Of a stretch of 64,000 bases of DNA, positions 32,468 through 42,324 are shown one piece after another (position 1 is the first letter of the stretch; the number at the start of each line of letters is the position of its first letter). Made by a program: the position numbers and the translations under genes. Location of the stretch: IMG/VR virus record IMGVR_UViG_3300031576_000001, positions 62,001 through 126,000 of that record; one strand, written 5' to 3'. The notes beneath the pieces are model-generated. The model was not told the DNA's origin. It did no database searches and worked only from the letters and a program-made list of their open reading frames with translations.

Positions 32468-32884
32468 ATGGCGTGTACTTGTTCGTGCAACCCGACGTAT
32501 CCCGGGGGTTTTGCGCCTGCGGTGTCCCCTGGGGTTTTCGTAGTGTGTGCCGTGTTTTCGCGGGGCGACTTGCCGATCTTCTTCAAGGACAGCAGCGGTA
32601 ACCCTACCAGTCCGTACCTGGTGGCGTACAGTCTGTACCAGCAAGGCGCGTGTGGGGCTGTCTTGGTGGGGTGTGCAGACAGGACGCCCGTAGAGGCTGC
32701 TGTGGGGGAGTATTACGTCTCGGGGGTCGCGGCTTCGCCTGGGCAATGGTTCGTGGAATGGACCTACCAGGAGACCAGTACCTCTCCGCTAACCGGGGTC
32801 ATCTTTGCGTTCACGGTGTTTGACCCGGCTCGCTACTGCCCCAAGTGTTGCGGCTCCCCCTGTCTCTGTCCCTCTGGGTGGTAG
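32468..32884 (+). CDS. Ig-like domain protein with Cys-rich termini, paralog of the 37683 N-terminus
   Basis: RTP...GEYY...W...ET..SPL pattern shared with 37683. Confidence 0.6.
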   Translation: MACTCSCNPTYPGGFAPAVSPGVFVVCAVFSRGDLPIFFKDSSGNPTSPYLVAYSLYQQGACGAVLVGCADRTPVEAAVGEYYVSGVAASPGQWFVEWTYQETSTSPLTGVIFAFTVFDPARYCPKCCGSPCLCPSGW

Positions 32885-32899
32885 CTAGCGGTAGTGTCT

Positions 32900-33103
32900 T
32901 AAGGGCGTCTCGCGCCAGAGAATGAGAGCCGCCTTGGTGATGAGGAAAGCCTCCTCGGGGCTGACGCCCTTTGCTGCCAGGTACGCCGGCAAGTCCTGCG
33001 GGTCCACGCCGTAGTCCAGAGCCATCCTGGCGCGGCGCATGAGCCTCTCGGTGTCCCCATTGTCTTCGTGAGCGAGGGGGCACGGGGAAATTTTGAGGTA
33101 CAT
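32900..33103 (-). CDS. Small hypothetical protein (TTA stop)
   Basis: MYLKISP...RETP-TTA; ending at TTA removes the overlap with the convergent gene. Confidence 0.5.
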
Positions 33104-33107
33104 CGGG

Positions 33108-33311
33108 TCAAACCTCTTCGAGGAGATCCGCACGGAGGGGGTAGGCCACGCACTCGGGACTCAGCGTGACCGAAAACTCGGCGCGCTTGGGTGTGGTGGG
33201 GTGGTGGTAGACTTCAAGCACCGTGACCACAGAGCCCACAGGGAGGCAACACACCCCCGTGACTTTGAGGGTGGCGCCGCGCTTGACTAGGAGAGACTGA
33301 GAGGGAGTCAT
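33108..33311 (-). CDS. Small hypothetical protein (67 aa)
   Basis: ATG directly downstream of a bipartite motif copy. Confidence 0.5.
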   Translation of the reverse strand: MTPSQSLLVKRGATLKVTGVCCLPVGSVVTVLEVYHHPTTPKRAEFSVTLSPECVAYPLRADLLEEV

Positions 33312-33316
33312 AACCC

Positions 33317-33347
33317 CTCTTACGTACAACCCTCCCCGGGATTCACG
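33317..33347 (-). promoter_or_regulatory. Bipartite motif CGTGAATC-N15-CGTAAGAG (copy 1)
   Basis: Exact 8+8 match, 15-nt spacer, 5 nt upstream of ATG. Confidence 0.75.
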
Positions 33348-33379
33348 ACATTTCAGAGGATGCCCCTCCCCGTCACCTG

Positions 33380-34009
33380 TAACCAAGGGGGCTCCTGGGG
33401 CTCTTGGTTTTTCTTGCTTCGCCGGGCGGGCTTCTCCGTCACGACCCAGGCAGCACAACCGAGGGGGCTCCGCTGTTGCAAATCCTGGTAGACACGCTCG
33501 CCGGCTTGCTCAGCCTCGCTCCCCTTGCCGTAATCGTACAGAGCGTCCATCTGACGCACCGAGAGGTGGTTGGGGTAGCGCCTCTCCTCGTCCTTCTGGT
33601 TAAGCCACTCTTCGATCTGCGCCTTGATGCTCTTCTTGAAGTCGCCCCGGGGGTTGGTACGCATACAGCCCCAGCACAGGGCGTACAACTCCTCGAAAGG
33701 CAGCGTGAAGAGGGAGCGCTGCCAGTGCTCGCTCCAAGAGGGCATGACGCCAGCCGACCACGCGAAGTGCCAGGACGAGGCATTCTCAACCCACTCCTCC
33801 ACGGAGAGCCACGCGGGCAGCGTGACGGGCAGAACCTCGTAAACCTTCTTCTCGACGAGACGGTCAGCACAGGGGATCGTGACCGTCTCGTCGAGGTTGA
33901 CTTCGCCCTCGACGTAGACCCCCATGGGGCTGCGGGGGGTAGAGGCGTTCTCCCCGTGGGCACGGAAGATGACTTGGTGGGTAGCGAAGAGGTTTTCGGA
34001 TGTGGACAT
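33380..34009 (-). CDS. Hypothetical protein (209 aa, TTA stop)
   Basis: GC3-rich ORF; ends EPPW-TTA. Confidence 0.65.
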
Positions 34010-34015
34010 ACCAAT

Positions 34016-34046
34016 CTCTTACGCACAACCTCGCCCACGATTCACG
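34016..34046 (-). promoter_or_regulatory. Bipartite motif (copy 2)
   Basis: CGTGAATC-N15-CGTAAGAG, 6 nt upstream of ATG 34009. Confidence 0.75.
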
Positions 34047-34054
34047 AAAATCTG

Positions 34055-34366
34055 TTAGGGCTTCTCCAGCCTGGCTTTGGTGTCCAGGTTCTTAGCTACC
34101 CGTTGTAGGACAAGGTAGCCAAGCAAGTCAAGCTCAGCATCTTCGTTGTCCGGGCTCCCTGACTCCGTGGCATGTTTGATGCGTGAGAGCTTGTCGTCCA
34201 TCCTGACCTTGATTTGATCGGTGGGTGAGGCGGACGAGAACACGCGAAGAGGGTCAATGGCTGCGTTACCGTACCGTTGGTTCTTCTCGGTCAGCAGCTT
34301 AGCTACCTCTTCGCAGACAACCCGGATCTCGGCTTGAACTTCGCTTAGTGTGGGCATGGCGTACAC
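34055..34366 (-). CDS. Nucleotide-modification-associated domain 1 (DUF1599-like) protein
   Basis: EKNQRYGNAA...VRMDDKLSRIK...DLLGYLVL signature. Confidence 0.65.
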   Translation of the reverse strand: MYAMPTLSEVQAEIRVVCEEVAKLLTEKNQRYGNAAIDPLRVFSSASPTDQIKVRMDDKLSRIKHATESGSPDNEDAELDLLGYLVLQRVAKNLDTKARLEKP

Positions 34367-34370
34367 CTTT

Positions 34371-34709
34371 TCAGGGGTTTAGAGGGCAACCGAGGGTCGT
34401 GGCAGTCTTGGCAACCTCTTCGGGTGTGGGGGTACCAGCCCTCCAAAGCCAAAGGGTCGTGTTGACGTGCCAGTCCCTTACCCCAACGATACTCACGGGG
34501 TCACCCCCGCTGACCTTACAGTAGTTCACCTTGTCGGGCGTGGTGAGGTGTTTGTAGGAGCACCACGACCCAAAGGCTAGCAGGGTAAGGGCTACCGCCA
34601 GACTCCAGAAAGCCCAGGCGTCACCATCGTACAGGACAACCGAGGTTGTGTGGGGCAAACCGTCGTGCTCACAGTGGGGGCATTTGGCTGTGGTTTTCTG
34701 TACTTGCAT
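34371..34709 (-). CDS. Small membrane-anchored protein (C...LGC family)
   Basis: Hydrophobic AWAFWSLAVALTLLAFG segment, then YC...ATTLGC; start uncertain. Confidence 0.5.
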   Translation of the reverse strand: MQVQKTTAKCPHCEHDGLPHTTSVVLYDGDAWAFWSLAVALTLLAFGSWCSYKHLTTPDKVNYCKVSGGDPVSIVGVRDWHVNTTLWLWRAGTPTPEEVAKTATTLGCPLNP

Positions 34710-34902
34710 GGTACGAGAGTACACCGAAAGCCACCGCGTAAGCAGCCTCTTCCCAGAGAGCGTCATAGCCCCTCGCCACGCACAGTGCCTTCTCGGTCCC
34801 CTTTGCGTCAACCGCTACGACCATGAGCCCTCTTCGGAAAAGAGCGTAGCCCAGCGTCAGGGCAGTCTTTATTGCAGCCTCTTTGGCTTGCTGAGAGGTC
34901 AT
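34669..34902 (-). CDS. Hypothetical protein (77 aa)
   Basis: ORF tiling only. Confidence 0.4.
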   Translation of the reverse strand: MTSQQAKEAAIKTALTLGYALFRRGLMVVAVDAKGTEKALCVARGYDALWEEAAYAVAFGVLSYHASTENHSQMPPL

Positions 34903-34939
34903 ACAAGGGCTCAGCCTTCCAAGGTTATCAGGCTAAAGA

Positions 34940-36175
34940 TAACCAGGAACCGTCCCGTATACCCTCGGGTTTCGTAGCCACGGGCGCGCTCGCCCCGGGG
35001 GACAGCCTTTGGTTGTCCGTGATCAGGTGCCACCCCTTTTGAAAGCCTAGCTCGGTCAGGGTTTGCAGGTTGGCTAGCAGCACGGAGCCCTCCAACGCCT
35101 TGCTGTTCTCTTGGTAGTGCTCGAACCAGCGGACCCCGTACTTGCCATACACAGAGGCAGGCGTGGGGGTGTAGGGTGGCTTCTCGCCCGTGACAATCTG
35201 ATAGCCCAAAGAGTTACACAGGTGGACGTAGACCCTCTCCGAGTTTTCCGTGTCCCACACGTCCAAACCAAACTCGTCCTCTTCGATAGCCTGGGTCATC
35301 TGACCCCCAGCCGCCATCCCCATGTCCACGTTGAGCGACGCCAGCATGAAAGCACTGGTCTCTTCTGTGCCCCGCTCCATGTCGCAGTTGAGCCTGGTGT
35401 CCAGGGTGTAGTCACTGAGAGCTATCGCCCCCTTGGTCACGTTCTCCCCCCAGGCGCACCCAATGGGTACCGTGCTCGACTCGAAAGCGCTGTAGTTCAC
35501 GGTCATGCCCCCGCTACTCTCTGAAATGGTTGTGATGCCACCCTCGAAGGACTGACCCGTACCCCCCCCCTTGCGACTCCTGGTAAAGCCCCGGAAAGTC
35601 TGAGCCATGACAGGGAAGCGAGCCTCGTAGACTTCGCGCTTCATGGGGAAGACTTCGATCTGAAGACCCCCGAAGCTCTCTTTGCCCGAGAGTTGAGACT
35701 CCACCGTCCAGCCTTGACCCAAAGGCGCCGCTACGAACTGGCGGATCTTCCCCTTCTCTACGCAGAAGCCGTCAATCCAGGGCTGCTTGGGGGCGACCAT
35801 GTAGTCCTTCTCACGCAGCCCCGCGGACCACTCTTCCCCGGTCACGGCTGACCTCATACCCGCCGCCACCTTGATCGCAAAGGGGTAGTGCGCCCTGCGG
35901 TCACCCGCGTACCCTGCCTTGAAAGCGATGTAGAGCGCCTCCGCTTGGTACATGGGTAGGAAGATACCCCCGTGTTTGTTCCACTCGGGGGGTACGCGGT
36001 CCTTGTAGCGGTCAACCTCCCTGAGAGGGAAGGCGCCCAGCCCGGGAGGTAGCCGGTGGGTCTCGTCGTTGTCGGGGAGCCTCAGCGTGCGTTGAAAATC
36101 CAGGGTGAGGTTTGCGTTTGCGTGCCCGACCTTACCGGAGAGGTCAAAAACAAGGGTTTCATTGTGTATCCTCAT
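34940..36175 (-). CDS. Conserved hypothetical protein (TTA stop)
   Basis: FQRTLRLPD...LPPGLGAFPL...LPMYQAEA family recalled from bacteria and fungi; ends RDGSW-TTA. Confidence 0.7.
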
Positions 36176-36229
36176 CTTGGGGGCTACCCTACCATGGAAC
36201 CCACCCCTTGTCTAGCCTGTCAACCCTCC

Positions 36230-36433
36230 TCACCACGACGTTACACCAGAGTCCCCCGGGCTTAGAGTGTGCTCGATCCTAGCCCGGAGGGCATAGGCAC
36301 GGTCAGCCTCTTGGTGTCGCTCTGGAGTCAAATTTGGGGCACCCAGGTTGATCCGGTTCAGGATGAACGCTGAGAGGGACTGAACGAGAAGTTGACCCTC
36401 ATCGGGCGAGAGGGTGATGGTGATGCTTAGCAT
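36230..36433 (-). CDS. Hypothetical protein (67 aa)
   Basis: AGGAAGG upstream; tiles with neighbours. Confidence 0.45.
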   Translation of the reverse strand: MLSITITLSPDEGQLLVQSLSAFILNRINLGAPNLTPERHQEADRAYALRARIEHTLSPGDSGVTSW

Positions 36434-36447
36434 GGTGCTCTACCTTC

Positions 36448-36768
36448 CTAGGCGGGCCTTCCGCCCTTGAACTTGAGTTTCAGGTCGTTGTGCTGCAACA
36501 CAACCTTGTCGTGGTCGCTGTAGCCTAGCTGAACCCACTCCAAGAGTTGAAGCTGTACACCCTTGCCAGAGGTGCTCACCTTGCGTGTAGGTCCACGTAG
36601 GCTGTTGATGACCAACAGCGCACACCAACCCTCTTTGCCAGGCTGCCGCAGGTACCGGTGTGCTGCTCGGCGGGCGCTAGTCTTGCTACGCCAGTTACCC
36701 AGGACAGCGCTACCGACCCAAGTGTCAGCCCGGCAGCCTATCACGGCGTACCAGTAAACGTGTTGCAT
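36448..36768 (-). CDS. Hypothetical basic protein (106 aa)
   Basis: GGAG upstream; tiles with neighbours. Confidence 0.45.
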   Translation of the reverse strand: MQHVYWYAVIGCRADTWVGSAVLGNWRSKTSARRAAHRYLRQPGKEGWCALLVINSLRGPTRKVSTSGKGVQLQLLEWVQLGYSDHDKVVLQHNDLKLKFKGGRPA

Positions 36769-36794
36769 GAGGCTCCGTTACACCGTGGCAAAAA

Positions 36795-37172
36795 TTACCG
36801 TCCCTTGGTGCCAGGGATACTGATCTCGTGGAGGCAGCGTGCAGCGGTACTCACCGCAAGGTAAAACTGCGACACGGCAAAGGCGCGCTCACCAGGGATG
36901 GTAGTCGGGCTGAGATCGATCACGGTTTGGACCCCCCCGTGTGAGGGCAACAGGTTGATCGTAGCCGTAGCCCAGTCAGGGATACCGGCGGCGGGCGAGT
37001 AGCCAAAGGTAAGGGAGGTCTTCTCACCCCTCTTTAGCCGGGCTTCGCAGAGAACAGCCAACTCCTCTGCGAAAGGAGCCCCCTCAAGGTACAGGTTGTA
37101 CCCCAAGTCAAGGAGGTCAAGGGCTTGCGTGGCGATCTGGTTCGCCAACTTGTTGAGTCGAGGTTTTTTCAT
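36795..37172 (-). CDS. Hypothetical protein (125 aa)
   Basis: AGGAGG SD and ATG just after an in-frame TTA; second half of track ORF 36795..37388. Confidence 0.65.
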   Translation of the reverse strand: MKKPRLNKLANQIATQALDLLDLGYNLYLEGAPFAEELAVLCEARLKRGEKTSLTFGYSPAAGIPDWATATINLLPSHGGVQTVIDLSPTTIPGERAFAVSQFYLAVSTAARCLHEISIPGTKGR

Positions 37173-37190
37173 GTGGCCCCTCCTTCTACG

Positions 37191-37388
37191 TAACGAGTAG
37201 ACAGTGACCGGCTGGTCGTACCCCACGGTCACGTCGTAGCGCTTTGTGCCGTCGTGCAGGGTGAGGTACACTTTGCCCTGGCTCTTGTAGACCTCCAAGA
37301 CTTCGCCCTTGGCGACGCCCTCGGGGAGGTACATCTTTACGATCTCAGCCTTGTAGACGTGGGCGGCACAGGTTTCGGTGGTGTTCAT
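37191..37388 (-). CDS. Small hypothetical protein (65 aa, TTA stop)
   Basis: First half of the same track ORF; ends TVYS-TTA; downstream of motif copy 3. Confidence 0.6.
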
Positions 37389-37393
37389 AACCC

Positions 37394-37424
37394 CTCTTAC
37401 GCTAGTCCACGCTCAAGATTCACG
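37394..37424 (-). promoter_or_regulatory. Bipartite motif (copy 3)
   Basis: CGTGAATC-N15-CGTAAGAG, 5 nt upstream of ATG 37388. Confidence 0.75.
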
Positions 37425-37677
37425 CCTTATTGAGGGCACCGCAGAGAACCTCTTTGCGACACTTGGGGCACACCCTGTAAGGACTGTACGCCGGGTGTGC
37501 CTCAACGGGGTCAGAGGTGGTTGGCTGTGTGCAGAGCCCGCAAACCTCTGGCAAGGGGGGCAGATGTCCCTCTACTTGTAGCGCCAGATGTAGGATCTCG
37601 TCCGCCACCGTCCTGAGAATCTGAGCGAACCTACGCATGACGCGGGCACTACACCCTTTGCTCCCCTCTCTTAGCAA
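37420..37677 (-). CDS. Small Zn-finger-like protein
   Basis: CGLC and CPKC pairs; start may be ATG 37638. Confidence 0.45.
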   Translation of the reverse strand: MLREGSKGCSARVMRRFAQILRTVADEILHLALQVEGHLPPLPEVCGLCTQPTTSDPVEAHPAYSPYRVCPKCRKEVLCGALNKA

Positions 37678-37682
37678 GAACC

Positions 37683-38189
37683 ATGTCAGGGGTACTTTTT
37701 TACCGCGGTCAGCAGCTAGGGCGTAACGACCTCAACCTCTTCTTGACCAACGCCAGCGACCACCCCACGCAAGCCGCTGAGATTTGGTACGCCCTCTATG
37801 ATTTCACCACGGGCTTTGAGTGCCTCGTAGGAGACGAGCGCCGTACTCCCCTCATGCCCAGCCTGGGTGAGTACTACGCCTCGGTCGTGATCCCTACGGA
37901 CGCCAGGATCGGGGGCTACAGGGTACGGTGGTTCTTCCGAGAGACCGTGGGCTCACCGCTGCAATCCGTGGTCCAAGAGTTTCAGGTTATCGACAAAAAC
38001 CAGTTCAGTCCGTCCGTATTCAGTGACACCATGACGGATTTGATACGTCGTCTGCGTATTCTGGTCCGAGATAACTGCTTGGATGGGGCAGAAACTATTG
38101 AAATTGTGATTGACCAGGACCAGAAAGAGATTACACTGGAGGATCTCTGGGACGCACTTCATGACCTCTCCCCCCTCCCCCCATCCTGA
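37683..38189 (+). CDS. N-terminal half of a fractured neck/head-tail gene fused to a 37-aa N-intein
   Basis: Ig-like domain, then LRILVRDN|CLDGAETIEI...ITLEDLWDAL (intein block A) from 38076; TGA stop. Confidence 0.75.
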   Translation: MSGVLFYRGQQLGRNDLNLFLTNASDHPTQAAEIWYALYDFTTGFECLVGDERRTPLMPSLGEYYASVVIPTDARIGGYRVRWFFRETVGSPLQSVVQEFQVIDKNQFSPSVFSDTMTDLIRRLRILVRDNCLDGAETIEIVIDQDQKEITLEDLWDALHDLSPLPPS

Positions 38190-39075
38190 ACTGGTACCCT
38201 ACTTGGAAAAGCACCAAATTACTTGGGAAGTGTTCTCGAACACACGTCTTAAACCACGTAGCGTGGTAGCTAAGAGACGCGCGATTGTCACTGAGATACA
38301 CGAAACTGGAGCAACCTGGGCGCACATGGTGGCGATTACGTGTTTGAGTCAAGGGTCGATTCAACGCTTGAGTCAAGCTAAAGGTAACCCTCTAGTGAAG
38401 CAACGAAAGCAACAAATTGCAGCAGAGCTTGGACGCCAAGGGAAAGGTGCTAAAAAGCCGTGGTTGACCTTGAAGCTCCAAGCTGATTGGGAATCTGGAA
38501 AGTTCGACTTCCACAAAGGGCGTATTCGTCCACAGTTTGAAGTAGACAAGATTCAAGCGTCTTGGGCGGACCCTGCACGACATGATAACCAAGCTCAAAT
38601 GATGAAGTCTTGCTGGCAAGACCCTAACTTTCGAGACAACCTTCTATCTTTTCACCGATCTGACACAGAACGGGTAAAACGCTCCCAGGCTCAGGCCCAG
38701 CGTATGCTCGATCATCCTGCAACTTACATGGGGGGCCGTGGCGAGTATGTTTCAACACAAAAAGCTACAGTATCTAAAACCTGGGTGCGTAGTTCTTTTG
38801 AGAAGCGGTACGTTGAAATACTAGAACGCGACCCAACTGTTCTTTCTTACGAGTATGAGCCTCTTTATGTTTTGCCGGATGGTAGGCACATCCTTCCTGA
38901 CTTTCTAGTGCGCTATCGGGACGGAAAGCAAGAGCTTGTTGAGGTTAAGGCTAAGTGGGTACTTGCTATGCCTGTCACATATAAAGCACAAGTGCGCCTA
39001 GCACTAGCGCGAGAGCTTGCAAATAGAGAAGCACTTGCCTTTAAAATCGTTACGGAGAATGACCTGTGGCCTTGA
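38161..39075 (+). mobile_element. Free-standing PD-(D/E)xK (TnsA-N-like) endonuclease gene between the split-intein halves
   Basis: SSFEKRY...YEYEP...LPDFLVRY...ELVEVKAKW; AT-richer than the flanks. Confidence 0.75.
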
Positions 39076-39941
39076 CTACTATTGAACGTAACCAAATACG
39101 TGCAGCATACCGGACAGGGCGACTAACCACCTGGGCTGTAAATAAAGAAGGGCAACGAGAGCTTCAACCTATCCAGGCTGTACACCAACACAACTTGCAG
39201 TCTGATGACTTGTACGCCGTTACCACAACACGGGGCACATCGTATATGACTGGGGGTCACCGGGTATTTCGCACCCCCACATTGAAGGTAGAAGCGTGCT
39301 CTTTGACGCAAAACTTCACTGTCCTTGGCGAAACCATCGTGACCTCAAGACTTGTCGGTAAAGCCAGAACGGTCTATGACTTGACTGTAGGTGTGTGGCA
39401 CAACTTCAGGTTGTGCCGTAGTGGGTTGGTGGTGTCAAACTCACCGGACCAAAACTACCGCTTCGTCCCCCCCTCTAGGGAGGCTACTATCTCTCAGTTC
39501 AATCGTGTCTTTGGTTTTCTGTGGGAGGATTACGAGATGGACGAGTATATTCAGCGCTCGCTCGACCTGATCATCGCGTCCCCACCTCGTACACCTTTTG
39601 CCAGCGTCGAGCAAATGATAGTGCAGAAGAGGGAATGGACAACACTGTTGCTTACAGGTGCGGCAACATTTGCAATAAGGGCAATGATGCTAAACTGGAT
39701 TGCGAATGAATTTGATTTTTCCGTGGGGGGTATCTCTCTAAACATAGAGAAGTCGTCTAAGTACGAGAGTGCGAAAGGTAACTTTGAAGAGGAGTTTACC
39801 CGCCAGCTAGAACAAAGTAAAAAAACGGTACTGATTATCAGAGGGCTACAGCAGCCCCGTTTCGGAATCGGCGTGAGATCCTCCTTCGGGAGTTTTGTGG
39901 GTAGAAATGTGGTAACCCCTCGTAAATTCATAGGTTTCTTA
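39066..39941 (+). CDS. 125-aa C-intein fused to the C-terminal half of the fractured gene (TTA stop)
   Basis: TGGH (block B), VYDLTV..WHNF (block F), VVSN|S junction at 39440/39441; ends PRKFIGF-TTA. Confidence 0.78.
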
Positions 39942-39994
39942 GCTCTGGTATTGGGGCTATTGCACTTACACTACAGTGGTGCTACCGTACTGGT

Positions 39995-41362
39995 GTGTCA
40001 ATAAAAGGCTCCTGTTTGTGCCCTTGCTGTGGAAAAGACATGGCACCCCATGCAATACATGGTCACACCGCGGTCTGTGAGGCTTGGAAAGCGTCTCGTG
40101 GGAAACCCTGGCCCCAGTTCAAATACAGTTACAGTCGTGCGAAGTACCTACCTGGCTTGGTGGAGGGTGTAGACTTTCTTCGATGCCACGTTTGCCTAAC
40201 CAATGGTTGGGACTTCAGGTTCAATCGTCTAGTGCAGCACTTGGCAATCCACGGGTTGTCTGAGTCGGAGTACTTGAGCCTATTCCCAAGTAAGCTCGTG
40301 CGTTTGGCACTGACCAACGAGCGTCGCAAGGCTTCTGTTCGTGCGAAGTACGGAGTAGACTTCATCGCGCAAGTCGAGGAATGTAAAGAGAAGTCGAGGA
40401 ACACCATGGTAGAACATTATGGTGTTCCCTCAGCTATGCAGTCCGAAGATGTCCGAGCGAAAGCCACTAAAACCAACCTTGAGCGGTATGGTTCGGAAAA
40501 CCCGTTTGGTTCCAAAGAGGTTCAGAAGAAAATACGAAAGACCCTTTTGTCTAAGTATGGGGTTGCGAATCCCCAACAAGTGTCTGACATACGAACCAGA
40601 ACGCTACAGACTAACAAGGAACGGTACGGGTCGGAGCACTTCTTCCAAACGCCTGATTTTGACACGGTACGAGCGGCAACGTGCCAAGAGCGTTATGGTG
40701 CTCCTCACCATATGCAATCGGTTGAGGGTCGGGCCAACCATGAAGCGGCATTCATTGCAAAGTACGGGGTACCTAACCCATTTCTTATCCCTGAGATACG
40801 GGACCGTGCTTATGCCACTAATGTAGCTAACCATGGGGGCGTACACGCCCTTGCACACCCGGACGTGATTGCAGCACGGAAAAGAAACCTCTTGGCACTC
40901 TACGGCGTGGATAACATATCTAAGGTGCCTGCAATCAAGGACAAAATCATAGCAAAAGTGCGTGCCAGCTTCTCTGGTGCCCCTAAGAGAACTACACCCG
41001 AGCGGATAGTTGAGGGGTTCTCACCTGAATGTGTGGTTTATTCAGGTGATTGGTCCTACTGGGTTACATGGGCTAACGGCTACCATAAGAACCCAGACTT
41101 TGTGATTCTCACCCCGCAACAGTTGGAGGAGTACAAGGCTGGCGCAGTCCTGAATGCCCTCCGTACTAGTAAGGTTATTGAGGTCAATGGGGACTTTTGG
41201 CACACTAAGTACAGAGGTGTGACACGAGAGGAGCGGGAACAACAATTCTTTGAGGGTTACGCTTCCATAGGGGTAACCTGTCTCATTCTTTGGGAGTTGG
41301 ATCTTTACGCTTCAACGTCAGACGCTATACGTGCCAAAGTTGAGGCATTCTGTTGTTCCTAA
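39995..41362 (+). mobile_element. Putative homing endonuclease (Zn fingers, KYG-type repeats, Vsr/PD-(D/E)xK-like C-terminus)
   Basis: CPCC and CHVC, repeated (K/R)YGV units, KNPDF...VIEVNGDFWH; flanked by a duplicated host 3' end. Confidence 0.75.
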
Positions 41363-41382
41363 GTAAGAGATCCCAAATCGGG

Positions 41383-41406
41383 CCTCGCAAATTTATAGGT
41401 TTCTTA
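41383..41406 (+). repeat. Orphan duplicate of the last 8 codons (PRKFIGF-TTA) of gene 39066..39941
   Basis: CCTCGCAAATTTATAGGTTTCTTA versus CCTCGTAAATTCATAGGTTTCTTA (39918-39941); the two differences are synonymous. Confidence 0.85.
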
Positions 41407-41423
41407 TCTGGTAAGCTGTCAGC

Positions 41424-41591
41424 TAAGCCTGGTCTGTCAGTGCTAGCCGTCACGGGGCATACCCCGCCTCTACGCAAAGCGTGCTTGGTCTCTCTGCGTA
41501 GCCACCTGTGGGCTTGTCTCTTCAAGAAGCCCTTGGTCTTGCTACCACACCCCCGGCACATTTTGCAGCTACAGCTAACGTAAGCTCTCAC
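41424..41591 (-). CDS. Small Cys/Arg-rich protein (55 aa, TTA stop)
   Basis: VRAYVSCSCKMCRGC...KRQAHRWLRR; bounded by in-frame TTAs at 41610 and 41424. Confidence 0.45.
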
Positions 41592-41704
41592 GTCCCAAGC
41601 CCCTGTGGATAACTTGAAGCCGTGTGCGCGACGTAGTGCTTGGTACTCAGGTCCATCTTTCAGGGAGCATCCTGTCTGGTCATACGCTCCGGTAACAGAA
41701 GAGT

Positions 41705-41962
41705 TCACGGCTCTTTTGCTTTCACGGACACACACCCTTTTACAGTGGAGGCGTACATCGCCCGTACCACGTCTTCCGACCTGGGCACGTTGAAGGTCAT
41801 CACCGGCTTACCTGCTAGGTCAAACTGCACATGACCTACAGGACCACGCCTGTAGGTCATTGTACACACCCCCTCACTTGTAGCCCTCTTGGTGTGCCCT
41901 GAGAGCGATGACAGCGTAGCCCAGAGGGTTACATGGTAGAGGAGGGTACGGGGTGTCATCAC
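41705..41962 (-). CDS. Small exported/membrane protein (C...GC family)
   Basis: GVCTMTY...TVKGC. Confidence 0.45.
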   Translation of the reverse strand: MMTPRTLLYHVTLWATLSSLSGHTKRATSEGVCTMTYRRGPVGHVQFDLAGKPVMTFNVPRSEDVVRAMYASTVKGCVSVKAKEP

Positions 41963-41994
41963 CAGCTACCCTTAGCCTCTGGGAACAGAAGGGG

Positions 41995-42303
41995 TTACAA
42001 TGCACCTCCCACGAGAACCTCTTTGCAGCCGAGCCGCGTCTTGGCAATCTCGACCACACTGCTAAGCCCTTGGGGGTTCTGCACAGCAAACTCGGCAATC
42101 GTCTGGTCAAGGTAAACGTAGCGGTGGGCGTAGACTGTGAGCCCTCCCCCAGTGTAGACGAGGGTACACACGCCCGTAGAACGTGAGAGGTAGTGTGACA
42201 GACGAACCAGACCGATAAGTGTGCCCACGACGAGGCTGAGGCATACCAGGATGGCGAATAGGTCACGGGCGACGGTAGAGGGGGTGTCTTTCATGCTTGT
42301 CAC
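41995..42303 (-). CDS. Small membrane-anchored protein (C...LGC family)
   Basis: Hydrophobic LFAILVCLSLVVGTLIGLV; GVCTLVY...KTRLGC. Confidence 0.55.
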   Translation of the reverse strand: MTSMKDTPSTVARDLFAILVCLSLVVGTLIGLVRLSHYLSRSTGVCTLVYTGGGLTVYAHRYVYLDQTIAEFAVQNPQGLSSVVEIAKTRLGCKEVLVGGAL

Positions 42304-42324
42304 AGTACACCCCTGTGCTCTTCG

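Noticed and set aside
35562-35570. C9 homopolymer as a phase-variation tract
   Set aside because: In frame, encoding the Gly run in KGGGTG; no sign of frameshift.
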